Assembly (NCBI RefSeq): GCF_963921235.1
Contig: NC_086108.1
Span: 12,772,001 to 12,836,000, forward strand
Direction of reading: 5' to 3'
Origin: Mobula hypostoma
Taxonomy: Eukaryota
Length of the DNA stretch: 64,000 nt
Part shown: one piece after another, positions 38,691-50,592 of the stretch
Layout: each line of letters opens with the position of its first letter
Numbering within the stretch: the stretch's first letter is position 1
Program-made: the position numbers and the translations under genes
The notes under the pieces: model-generated
Databases searched by the model: none
What the model saw: the letters and a program-made list of their open reading frames with translations, nothing else
What the model was told of the DNA's origin: nothing

Positions 38691-39431
38691 TCAAACTAGA
38701 GAAACTCTGAGCTATATTATTGGAGTGGCAGTAGTGAGGAAACTCCTCACGTTTGAAAGACAGTACGGGGGGGTGCTGCACTGGGGAAATTCAGCCCTAC
38801 ATGAGGTGCACCTTGCTGCCTCTCCCTGTCTCAACCTTCTCTCCTCTCACTCCCATCTCAGTTGTCCCACTGGTTCACATACTCTGTGCCTTTTCTTTCC
38901 CTCTACCTTCTCCCGGTCATTCTTTCTTTCTCATTGTCTCTCTTCTTCGAATTCTCTGTCCTCTCTTTAGATTCTGACACTCACACTCTTTCTCTTATCT
39001 GTGAACAAATGGGACAAGCTTAAGTTTTATTGAAGTAAAAGAAGTATTTTTTAAAGACTAACACAGATGTTTCCATTCAGAAGGACATTGTTCATGGAGA
39101 ATAACGAATCCTGTTGTTCTCCAGAACGACAAGGATTTAAGAAGCAAGTGGTATTTTGATCTTCATCGCAAGTCAATTTGAGTACAAGAACAGGGAGGTC
39201 TTGGAGATATAACCATTTAAATAGGGAGAATCCATTAAATAGTGAGAATACATCTGGAATATTGCGTACAGATCCGTTCCACACTGAGGGAAGGATATAT
39301 TCAGTCAAGAAAATGTGTTGAACATTCACCAGATTGATTCTCAGGGTGGTGGATTTGTGTCATGACGAATGATTAAGCAGACCTGTCTCTTCAAAGTCAA
39401 GAGTTTAAAAGAATGAGATGACATCATTAAA

Positions 39432-39821
39432 GTCTCTCTGACCGTTACACAGCTGGCGTTTAGGACAGCAATGCAGATCCTCCATCTCTGACGATGTTCA
39501 GGGCTTCTTTCATCGCGTCACTAGCTCAGTTTTCACTGCTGTCAGTCATGCAAATCCCAGGTGGAGACAGGAATACTGATGTACTCAGATGTAGAAGGAT
39601 TCTTCATTGCTGATTCTGTAACTATGTTTTTTGCCCCGTCAGGAATGCTAGCCCTGAGCTGACCCCCTGAACCTGGAGGTCCAGTGGACCACTCTTAGTC
39701 TGCCTCCTACTCTTTGACCTTTTTGTCATGAGTGACCCTACCAAGAGAAAAAACATAAAGCCCTGAATCCAGCTATCACACATGCCTCCAAGCCATGACA
39801 AAGTTGTGGTCCTCTTGGAGG
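39432..39821 (-). mobile_element. RTE-derived short element (same family as 34520), inserted in an old CR1
   Basis: Degenerate 15-bp TSD gatgacatcattaaa / ggtaacgtcattaaa; colinear homology. Confidence 0.82.
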
Positions 39822-40074
39822 GGTAACGTCATTAAATCCCACAAATTCTTCAGGGTTTTGAAAGAGTAGATGTGGAGATAATGTTTTGTTGGGTTATGGT
39901 GTCAGGAAGCCGGGTTAATAGTTTCAGTTAAGGAATTGACTATTCAGAACATGCATGAGGAGAAAAGCTTTCTTCACCCAATAGACACTGAATATTTGGA
40001 ATTCTATGCTCAAGGACTTTAAGGTTCAGTGACTGAGAATATTACCATAGAATATATAGGAGCAGAATATTACC

Positions 40075-41430
40075 ATAGAAGATATAGGAGCAGAGTTAGG
40101 CCATTTGGCCCATCGAGTCTGCTCTGCCATTTCATTCCTAGCCCCAATCTCCTGTCTTCTCACGTATCCCTTCATGTCCTGACTAATCAAGAATGTATCA
40201 ACCTTGGCCTTAAATATACCCAATGACAGCCTCCACAGGTGCCTGTGGCAACTCTACAGATTTACCACCATCTGGCTAAAGAAATTCCTCTTCATCTTTG
40301 TTCTAAAAGGATGTCCCTCTATTCTGAGGCTGTGTCCTCTGTCCTAGACTCTCCCACCATAGGAAACATCCTCTCCACATCCACTCCTTTCACCATTTGA
40401 TGAGGTCACCCTTCATTCTTCTGAATTCCAGTGAATACAGGCACAAAGCCATCAAACTCTCCTCATATGATAGGTGTTTCAATCCCAGAATCATGTTTGT
40501 GAATCTCCTTTGAACTCTCTCCAATGTCAGCACATCATTTCTTCAATAAGGGGTCCAAAACTACTCACAATACTCCAAATGAGCCCTCACCAATGCCTTA
40601 TAAAGCCTCACCATTACACTCTTGCTTTTAGGTTCTACACCTCTTGAAATGAATGATAACATTGCATTTGCCTTCCTCACCATCCACTCAACCTGCAAAT
40701 TAATCTTCAGTGAATCCTGCACAAGGACCTCCAAGTCCCTTTGCACCTTAGATTTTTATTTTTTTCCTCCATTTCAAAAATAGCCTACCCTTTTATTTCT
40801 TCTATCAAAGAGCATGACCATACACTTCCCCATACTCCTGCCTCTTTGCCCATTCTCCTAATCTGTCTGTCCTCCTGTAGCTTCTTTACTTCCTCAGGAC
40901 TACCTACCCCTCCACCTATCTTCATATCGTCCACAAACTTTGCCACAAAGCCATTAACAGGAAAAGAAGTGGTCCCAACACAGACCCCTAGTCACCGGCA
41001 GCCAACCAGAAAAAGTTCCCTTCATTCCCACTCTTTGCCTCCTGCCAATCAGCCACTGCTTTATCCATCCTAGATTCTTTCCTGTAATACCATGGGCTCA
41101 TAACTTGTTAAGCAATCTCATGTGTGGCACCTTGTCAAAAGACTTTTCAAAATCCAGGTACACAACATCCATTGATTTTCCTTTGTCTATCCTGTTTGCT
41201 ATTTCTTTAAAGAATCCCAGCAGAATTGCCAGGCAAGATTTTCCCTTATGGAAAACATGGTGACTTTGGCCTATTTTATCATGTGCCTCCAAGTACCCTG
41301 AAACCTCATCCTTAGCAATCAAATCTAACAGTTTCCCAACCACTGAGGTCAGACTAACTGGCCTATAATTTCATTTCTTCAGCCTCCCTCCCTTCTTTTG
41401 CAATTTTCCATTCCTCCAGAACCATTCCAA
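40075..41430 (-). mobile_element. Degraded CR1 LINE
   Basis: DFEKSFDKVPHMRLL, LYKALVRAHLEYC, CR1 tail. Confidence 0.9.
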
Positions 41431-41984
41431 AATATAGTGATTCTTGCAGGGTATTATAGTGGACATTTGTACACCATCCTTGTAAGTGGAGTTCGAGCAG
41501 AACCTGGCCTCACAGTCATGAGTTTACATGGAGACAAAAATTTGAGTACACAGCCTCAAGGAGTACTGGTGTTGACCATGTAGTCGTGAGTGTACATTGA
41601 GATACAGGTTTGGGGAGACAGCCTCGTGGAGCACTGGTATTGAGAATAATCAGAGGTGAGGTGTACCTGCCTTTCCTTTCTGAGTGCAGTTTGTTAGTCA
41701 GGAAGTGGGAGTTGCTGAATGAATTTGGAGATGGGTTTGTTTGGAATTATGGAATTTAAGGTGGAGATGTATTCAATAAATACAAGACTTATATGATTGT
41801 TTTTGTTATTCAGATGACCCAGAGATGACTGTCGGGCCAGGGAGATGGCATCCCTTCAGTTAGATGGTATTTCTCTCTGATCTGCCTCTCATTTCTTCCT
41901 CTTTCTCCATGCCTCCAGCCGTTATTGTATACACTCTCTCTCTCAAACACACTCTTAGCTCAATTGATCCCCATATCCTGTTCT

Positions 41985-43213
41985 TTCACTCTCTTCCCCA
42001 ATCACCTTTCTCTTCCTCTGCACCTTCCCTCCCCTCTCTCTCTGTCTCTCTCCTTCATTCTCTCCCTATGTTTCTCTCTCCCTCCCCCTTCTGTCTCTGC
42101 TCTCTCTCAAGCTCTTCCTCCTTCTTCCTCCTTTCCCCTCCCTCCCTCTCCACAGCCCCTCCCTACCCCCTTTCTCCTTCCCCCTCTCCTCCTTTCTCCT
42201 TCCCCCTCTCCTCCTTTCTCCTCCCCTTCTCCACACCCCCTCTCTACCTTTCTCCTCCCCCTCTCCACACCCCCTCTCTCCTTCCCCCTCTCCACACCCC
42301 CTCTCTCCCTTTCTCCTCCCCCCTCCACACCCCCTCTCCCCTTTCTCCTCCCCCTCTCCACACCCCCTCTCTCCTTCCCCCTCTCCCTCTCCACACCCCC
42401 TCTCCACACCCCCTTTCTCCTCCCCTCCACACCCCCTCTCTCCTTCCCCCTCTCCCCTTTCTCCTCCCCCTCTCCACACCCCCCTCTCTCCTTCCCCCTC
42501 TCCCCCTTCCCCATCTCCACACCCCCTCTCCACACCCCCGCTCTCCTTCCCCTTCTCCACACCCCTTTCTCCTTCCCCCTCTCCATACCCCTCTCCTTCC
42601 CTCTCCCCCTTTCTCCTTCCCCCTCTCCACACCCCCTCTCTCCTTCCCCCTCTCCCCACCCCTTCTCTCCTTCTCCTCTCCACACCCCCTCTCCTTCCCC
42701 CTCTCCACACCCCCTCTCTCCTTCCCCCTCTCCACACCCCCTCTCTCCCTTTCTCCTCCCTCTCTCCACACCCCCTCTCCTTCCCCCTCTCCCCGCCCCT
42801 TCTCTCCTTCCCCTCTCCTTCTCCCTCTCCACACCCCCTCTCTCCTTCCCCCTCCCCACCGCTTCTCTGCTTCCCCTCTCCACACCCCTTCTCTCCTTCC
42901 CCCTCTCCACACCCCCTCTCTCCTCCCTCTCCACCCCCTCTCCCCACCGCTTCTCTGCTTCCCCTCTCTCCACCCCTTCTCTCCTTCCCCCTCTCCCCCT
43001 TTCTCCTCCCCTCTCCACACCCCCTTTCTCCTTCCCCCTCTCCACACCCCTTCTCTCCTTCCCCTCTCCACACCCTCTCTCCTTCCCCCTCTCCCCACCC
43101 CTTCTCTCCTTCCCCCTCTCCCCCTTTCTCCTCCCCCTCTCCCCACCTCTTTCTCCTCCCCTTCTCCCTCTAACCCATTGCCCCACATCTCTCCATCTCT
43201 TCCCCCTCTCTCC
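41985..43213. repeat. ~1.2-kb polypyrimidine/polypurine minisatellite-like tract
   Basis: Almost only C/T on the + strand, built from variants of ctctccacaccccctctctccttcccc. Confidence 0.95.
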
Positions 43214-43235
43214 AACGCTTCACCATTCTTGTCCT

Positions 43236-43376
43236 CTGATTGGAGTGGAGTCAGAGCCTTACGTCAGGATTCAGCTGATTGGTCAGAAGTTTAATTTCGC
43301 AAAAGGAGGCTCATTCATTCACAAAAAAAAAGAATCAAAGGAAAAGTGCGGGAGATGAAGTGGGCGGGGGGCGGGA
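43236..43376 (+). promoter_or_regulatory. Putative TATA-less Pol II promoter
   Basis: Inverted CCAAT boxes (ATTGG 43239, 43278), CRE-like TTACGTCA 43259, GC boxes GGGCGG 43362 and 43369, at the edge of a CpG-rich segment (~43350-43870). Confidence 0.7.
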
Positions 43377-43410
43377 GAAGTCGGGACGGACAGACAGACA
43401 GACAGAGAGG

Positions 43411-43568
43411 GGAGTGCGGGACAAACAGACATACAGATACAGAGTGGGAAGTGCGGGACAGACAGACACACAGACACAGAGAGGGGAGTGCGGGACAGAC
43501 AGACACACGGTCACAGAGAGGGGACTGCGGGACAGATAGACACACAGACACAGTGAAGGGAGTGCGAT
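43411..43568. repeat. 37-bp minisatellite (~4 copies)
   Basis: ggagtgcgggacagacagacacacagacacagagagg repeated. Confidence 0.85.
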
Positions 43569-43646
43569 CCCGGCCGGAGCCGGGGGTGAATGTCTGCGGA
43601 TCGGAGGTCAGGGCTCGGTTCTGCTCGCTGTATCTCTCCGGAGAAG

Positions 43647-43783
43647 ATGCGGCAGATCCGTTGCTCAGAGGTTGTGGCTCTGGGCTGCTGCCTGATCCTC
43701 GCGCTCCTTCCCCGGCAGGCGAAGCCCGGAGTCCCCGGAACCCCCCGATCTGCTCCGGGAAGAGGGCTGGTACGGGCGGCGAG
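43647..43783 (+). CDS. Probable first coding exon of an unidentified secreted/membrane protein (signal peptide)
   Basis: aagATGc start; MRQIRCSEVVALGCCLILALLPRQAKPGVPGTPRSAPGRGLVRAA(R); strong donor GAG|gtgagc (phase 2); CpG-rich, downstream of promoter motifs. Confidence 0.65.
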
Positions 43784-45577
43784 GTGAGCGGATTAGGACA
43801 GTCTGCGCATCTGTCTGACAGTAACCTGTTTGTCTGTGCAATCTTGCCGGCGCGGTCCATCCGTCTATCTGTAATTTATGTGTGGGTCCTAAGTGCCATT
43901 TGTTCCCTGTCTACAATTTAAAACTGTTAGTTGGTTGTTAAGCACAATTTACCAATACTCAGTTCAATATTCTTATTTAAATAAGTTTTTTTTAATCGTG
44001 TTGTTTGGAAGGTTGGTTTTCTTTATCGTGACAGTACTTGGAATGCAATCTATGGAAAGATTTCACATCTGGACATGAATCGCAGAATTCCTGCATTGTA
44101 GTTAAAATGTTATTTTGAGATTTGGCTTTTAGCTCTTTACATCGACAGGACGACTTTAAACCGCTCTTTCACGATTTTCTTTAAAACAGTAATTTCAGCA
44201 AAACCTTACGCCTGGTGGAAAAACTGTGAGATTTAAACCCACAATTCCTCTCCTATCCCTCAGTTCTCGGTGTGTGGTTTCGGGAATACTAGATGAGGGT
44301 GAATCAGTAATCACCATCCAGGAGAATACAGTAACTATAGGGACTGCGTTGTCCTGGTTTGTATAATCTGTGCAGTAACAATTTGGAACTGGTTGTCCTG
44401 GTCTGTATCATCTGGGCAGGAACTATTAAGGAGACGATTGTCCTCCGGGTCTGTATACAATTTGGCCTGCATTGTCTGGTTCTTATAATGCAAGCAGAAA
44501 GAATTGGAGGCTGCAGTGCCCTGGTCTGTCTAATCCAGGAAATTACAATTCGAGGCTGCATTGTCCAGAATGTATAATCCGGGCAGCAATGATTCCGTGC
44601 AGCATTTTCGTGGTCTCTATAATCTGAGCAGTAGCAATTTGGAGTACATTTTCCTGGTCTGTATATATCGGGCATTAACAATTCAGATCTGTATTGTCCT
44701 GGTTTCTTTAATCTGGGAGTAACAAATTGGGACTGTGTTATACTGGTAAGTATAATTAGGGCAATAACAGTTCGGGCCTGTGTTGTCTTGTCGTTATGAT
44801 CTGGCCAGTATCAAATCGGGGCAGCATTGTCCTAGTCTATATAATCCGGACCGTAACATTTAGGAACTCCAATGTCCTGGTCTCTATAATCCAGAATGTA
44901 ACAATTAGGAACTGCATTGTCCTGGTCTGTATGAACCAGGTAGTATCAATTCAGAGCTACATTATCGAGGTCTGTATAATCTAGACAGTAACAATTCAGG
45001 TCTGCACTCAGGTCTTATTAGGGAGAGAGAGAACCTGTGGGTTGCCAAATGCTGGATGAATTGCAGTAGTCTTCGGGATAACTGCAAGGTCTGTGCCTTT
45101 GCTATTGTTTAGCTCACGTTTGTGCTCGGTAGCTGGTGAGCATTTTGTTTTGCCGGTGGGGGGGAGAGGGGAGCTGGGGGGGGGGTACTTGGGGTTCTCA
45201 TGATTAACTGTCATTCATTCTTTGGGGCACTTCTCTGTTTTCGTGGATGTTTTGCGAAGAAAAAGCATTTCCAGATGTATATTGTATACATTTCTCTGAC
45301 ATTAAATTGAACCTTTGAACTAGTCTCTATAATCTGGTCAGTAACAATTTGGGGTTTGCTTTGTCCTGAACTGTATAATCCAGCAGTAACAATATGGGGC
45401 TGCATTGTCCTTGACTGTACAGTACGGGCAGTAACAATTCAGAATTGGGTTGTCCCTGTCTGTATAATCCAGGAAGTAAATTTTTGGGGCTGCTGTGTCC
45501 TGGTCTGTATAATCTGGACAGTAACAGTTCAGGGATTAATTGTCTTGGTCTGTATAATCCGGGCCATAATAATCTGT

Positions 45578-45713
45578 TCACAAATGAGAAAATCTGCAGA
45601 TGTTGCAAATCCAAGTAGCACACAGAAAATGCTGGAGGAACTCAGCAGGCCAGGCAGCATCTGTGGAAAAGAGTACAGTCAACGTTTCAGACTGAGACCC
45701 TTCAACAGGACTG
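45578..45713 (-). mobile_element. Penelope-derived short element with mutated hammerhead
   Basis: Minus strand cagtc-ctgttga-agggtctcagtct-gaaac-gtt-gactg. Confidence 0.78.
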
Positions 45714-46276
45714 TATCCTGTACATTAACAATTTGGGACTGCATTTTCCTGGACTGTATAATCTGGGCAGTAACAATCAGTGATTGCATTGTTTTGGTCT
45801 GTATAATCCAGGCAGTAACAATTCAGGACTGCATTGTACTGGTCTGTATAATCTAGAGAGTAGCAGTTCAGGGCTCCTGTTCTGCATAATCCAGGCAATG
45901 CATCGTCCTGGTATAATCTCAGCAGTAAATATTTGAGACTACGTTGAATTGGTCTGTAAAATCCGGGCAGTAACTATTCTGGACTGCATTGTCCTGGTCT
46001 GTATCAACAAGGCAGCAACAATTCGTTGCTGAATTGTTCTGGTCTGTAGTTTCCAGGCCACAACAATTCGACACAGCATTGCCTTGATCTGCATAACACA
46101 AGGAAAAACAATTCGCGGCTGTATTGTCCTGGTCAGTAGAATCTGGTCAGTATCAATCTGGAACTGTATTTTCTTGATCGACATAATTGAGACAATAACG
46201 ATTTGGACCTGCATTGCCCTGATCTGTATAACTGGGGCATGAGCAATTCAGGACTGCATTGTTCTGACCTTTATTA

Positions 46277-47236
46277 TAGAAACATAGAAACATAGAAAAT
46301 AGGTGCAGGAGTAGGCCATTCGGCCCTTCGAGCCTGCACCGCCATTTATTATGATCATGGCTGATCATCCAACTCAGAACCCAGCCTTCCCTCCATACCC
46401 CCTGACCCCTGTAGCCACAAGGGCCATATCTAACTTCCTTTTAAACATAGCTAATGAACTGGCCTCAACAGTTTGCTGTGGCAGAGAATTCCACAGATTC
46501 ACCACTCTCTGTGTGAAGAAGTTTTTCCTAACCTCGGTCCTAAAAGGCTTCCCCTCTATCCTCAAACTGTGACCCCTCGTTCTAGACCTCCCCAACATCG
46601 GGAACAATCTTCCCGCATCTAGCCTGTCCAATCCCTTTAGGATCTTATACGTTTCAATCAGATCCCCCCTCAATCTTCTAAATTCCAACGAGTACAAGCC
46701 CAGTTCATCCAGTCTTTCTTCATATGAAAGACCTGCCATCCCAGGAATCAATCTGGTGAACCTTCTTTGTACTCCCTCTATGGCAAAGATGTCTTTCCTC
46801 AGATTAGGGGACCAAAACTGCACACAATACTCCAGGTGTGGTCTCACCAAGGCCTTGTACAACTGCAGTAGTACCTCCCTGCTCCTGTACTCGAATCCTC
46901 TCGCTATAAATGCCAGCATACCATTCGCCTTTTTCACCGCCTGCTGTACCTGCATGCCCACTTTCAATGACTGGTGTATAATGACACCCAGGTCTCGTTG
47001 CACCTCCCCTTTTCCTAATCGGCCACCATTCAGATAATAATCTGTTTTCCTATTTTTGCCACCAAAGTGGATAACTTCACATTTATCCACATTAAATTGC
47101 ATCTGCCATGAGTTTGCCCACTCACCCAACCTATCCAAGTCACCCTGCATCCTCTTAGCATCCTCCTCACTGCTAACACTGCCACCCAGCTTCGTGTCAT
47201 CCGCAAACTTGGAGATGCTGCATTTAATTCCCTCAT
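46277..47236 (-). mobile_element. Very young 5'-truncated CR1
   Basis: Nearly identical reverse complement of 26330-27220. Confidence 0.96.
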
Positions 47237-47392
47237 GCATAACTGAGACAGTGACAAATAGGGGCGTCCTTGTGCTGTTGTCTATAATATAGCAATAACA
47301 ATTAGGAACTGCATTGTTCTGGTCTGTATAACCTGGACAGTAACAATTCTGTGCTGCATTGTTCTCCTCCATGTAATCCAGAAAGCAACAAT

Positions 47393-48120
47393 TCAAGCAA
47401 CACACATCAAAGTTGCTGGTGAACGCAGCAGGCCAGGCAGCATCTCTAGGAAGAGGTACAGTCGACGTTTCGGGCCGAGACCCTTTGTCAGTACTAACTG
47501 AAAGAAGAGCTAGTAAGAGATTTGAAAGTGGGAGGGGGAGGGGGAGATCCAAAATGATAGCAGAAGACAGGAAGGGGAGGGATGGAGCCAAGAGCTGGAC
47601 AGGTGATTGGCAAAAGGGATGTGAGAGGATCATGGGACAGGAGGTCTGGGGAGAAAGACAAGGGGGGGGGAAACCCAGAGGATGGGCAAGGGGTATAGTC
47701 AGAGGGACAGAGGGAGAAAAAGGAGAGTGAGAGAGAATGTGTGTATAAAAATAAATAACGGATGGGGTACGAGGGGGAGGTGGGGCATTAGCGGAAGTTA
47801 GAGAAGTCAATGTTCATGCCATCAGGTTGGAGGCTACCCAGATGGTAAGGTGTTGTTCCTCCAACCTGAGTGTGGCTTCATCTTTACAGTAGAGGAGGCC
47901 GTGGATAGACATATCAGAATGGGAATGGGACGTTGAATTAAAATATGTGGCCACTGGGAGATCCTGCTTTCTCTGGCGGACAGAGCGTAGGCGTTCAGCG
48001 AAACGATCTCCCAGTCTGCGTTGAGTCTCGCCAATATGTAGAAGGCCACATCGGGAGCACCGGATGCAGTATATCACCCCAGCCGACTCACAGGTGAAGT
48101 GTCGCCTCACCTGGAAGGAC
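47393..48120 (-). mobile_element. 5'-truncated Penelope-like element (GIY-YIG endonuclease and tail)
   Basis: GVIYCIRCSRCGLLHIGET motif; small deletion near the ORF end; hammerhead with a core mutation at ~47459-47496. Confidence 0.9.
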
Positions 48121-49469
48121 CTGCAACAATTCAAGAATGTGTTGTCTTGAGCTGTATAATCCAGGACTGCATCCTCCTGCTCAGCACAATCGGGGCAGTA
48201 ACAATTCAGACTGCAGTGTTCTGCTCCAGATAATCTAAGCTGTAAATATTCGAGACTACATTGCATTGGTCTGTCTAATCTGGGCAGTAACAATTCGGGA
48301 CTGCATTGTTTTGGTCTGCATATTCCAGGCAGTAACATTTCACTGCTGTATTGTCCTATGCTGTATAATGCAGCCTGAAACAATTGGATAGTCAGTAACA
48401 ATTTGGGGCTGCATTGTTCTGGTCTGTATAATCCAGGCCGTATCAATTAGAAACTGTTTTGTCCTGGTCTCTGTAATCCTTGCAGTAACAATTTGGAACT
48501 GTATTGGCCTGGTCTGAGTAATTGGGTAGTAACAATTTGGGACTATATTGTACTGGTCTGAATACTCCAGGCAGTAACAAGTCTAGGCTGCTTTGTCCAG
48601 TTTTGTATAATCCAGGAAGTAACAAACCTAGTAGCATTTACCTCACCTGTATAATCTGGGCAGTAACAATTGGGTACTGCATTGTACTGCTGTGTAATCA
48701 AGGCAGTAACAACTTGGGTCTGAATAATCCTGGTCTGGAAAATCCGGGACGTAACAATTCAGGACAGCATTGCCCTGGTCTGTATAATTGGAGAGGTAAC
48801 AATTCAGGACTGCTTTGTCCTGATCTGTATCATCCAGGCAGTAACAATTTGAAACTGCATTCTCCTGAGGTCTCTATGAATCTGATAGCAACAATTTGCT
48901 GCTGCATTGTCCTGGTCTGTACAATCCAAGCAACAATAATTTTTGGTTACATTGTCCTGGTCTTCAAAATCTGGTCAGTAACAATTCGGGACTACATTGT
49001 ACTGGCCTATATAATCTGGACAGTAATAATTCGGGTTTGCATAATGCAGGCAGTAACAATTCAGGGCAACATTGTACTGATCTGTTATAATCCAGCCTAT
49101 AATAATTGAGAGTGAATTGTCTTGGTCTCTATCAACTCGTCAGTAACAATACAGGTGTGCATTGTCCTGGTCTGTATCATCTGGACAGTAACAATTCAGG
49201 ACGGCATTGTACTGGTCTGTATAATCCGGGAAGTACCAGTTCAGGACTCCATTGTCCTGGTCTATACAATATTAGGCAGTAACAATCTAAGACTGCGTTG
49301 TCTTGGAATACATAATTGAAGCAATAACAATTCGAGTTTGCATTGTACTGGTCTCTATATTCTTGGCAGTAGCAATTTGGGCCTGCGTTTTTCTGGTCTG
49401 TATAATCCGGGCAGTAACAATTCGGGGCTCCATTGTACTGTTCTGTATAATCTAACAGTAACATTTAGG

Positions 49470-50592
49470 AAACATACATCAAAGTTGCTGGTGAACGCAG
49501 CAGGCCAAGCAGCATCTATAGGAAGAGGCGCAGTCGACGTTTCAGGCCGAGACCCTTCGTCAGGACTAACTGAAGGAAGAGTGAGTAAGGGATTTGAAAG
49601 CTGGAGGGGGAGGGGGAGATGCAAAATGATAGGAGAAGACAGGAGGGGGAGGGATAGAGCCGAGAGCTGGACAGGTGATAGGCAAAAGGGGATACGAGAG
49701 GATCATGGGACAGGAGGCCTAGGGAGAAAGACGGGGGGGGGGCGACCCAGAGGATGGGCAAGAGGTATATTCAGAGGGACAGAGGGAGAAAAAGGAGAGT
49801 GAGAGAAAGAATGTGTGCATAAAAATGAGTAACAGCTGGGGTACGAGGGGGAGGTGGGGCCTAGCGGAAGTTAGAGAAGTCAATGTTCATGCCATCAGGT
49901 TGGAGGCTACCCAGACGGAATATAAGGTGTTGTTCCTCCAACCTGAGTGTGGCCTCATCTTTACAGTAGAGGAGGCCGTGGATAGACATGTCAGAATGGG
50001 AATGGGATGTGGAATTAAAATGTGTGGCCACTGGGAGATCCTGCTTTCTCTGGCGGACAGAGCGTAGATGTTCAGCAAAGCGGTCTCCCAGTCTGCGTCG
50101 GGTCTCACCAATATATAAAAGGCCACATCGGGAGCACCGGATGCAGTATATCACCCCAGTCGACTCACAGGTGAAGTGATGCCTCACCTGGAAGGACTGT
50201 TTGGGGCCCTGAATGGTGGTAAGGGAGGAAGTGTAAGGACATGTGTAGCACTTGTTCCGCTTACACGGATAAGTGCCAGGAGGGAGATCAGTGGGGAGGG
50301 ATGGGGGGGACGAATGGACAAGGGAGTTGTGTAGGGAGCGATCCCTGCGGAATGCAGAGAGAGGGGGGGAGGGAAAGATGTGCTTAGTGGTGGGATCCCG
50401 TTGGAGGTGGCGGAAGTTACGGAGAATAATATGTTGGACCCGGAGGCTGGTGGGGTGGTAGGTGAGGACCAGGGGAACCCTATTCCTAGTGGGGTGGTGG
50501 GAGGATGGAGTGAGAGCAGATGTATGTGAAATGGAGGAGATGCGTTTAAGAGCAGAGTTGATAGTGGAGGAAGGGAAGCCCCTTTCTTTAAA
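49470..50592 (-). mobile_element. 5'-truncated Penelope-like element (Cys-rich linker, GIY-YIG, 3' tail)
   Basis: Open frame with CKRNKCYTC...GVIYCIRCSRCGLLYIGETRRRLGDRFAEH...GMNIDFSNFR*. Confidence 0.93.
49531..49568 (-). ncRNA. Minimal type-I hammerhead ribozyme motif
   Basis: uaguc-CUGACGA-agg(gucucgg)ccu-GAAAC-GUC-gacug. Confidence 0.75.

Noticed and set aside
41864..43358. Four to five long Pro/Ser/Leu- or Gly/Arg/Glu-rich ORFs (323-477 aa)
   Set aside because: Artefacts of a C/T-only low-complexity tract that cannot form stop codons.
43346..43921. 191-aa (+) and 181-aa (-) ORFs over the CpG-rich segment
   Set aside because: GC-rich and minisatellite sequence lacks stops. The frame with a signal peptide and splice donor (43647) is better supported.
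46374..47810. 478-aa ORF as a novel fusion protein
   Set aside because: Chance in-frame read-through of a Penelope UTR, array monomers and a truncated CR1 ORF2; no promoter or splice evidence.
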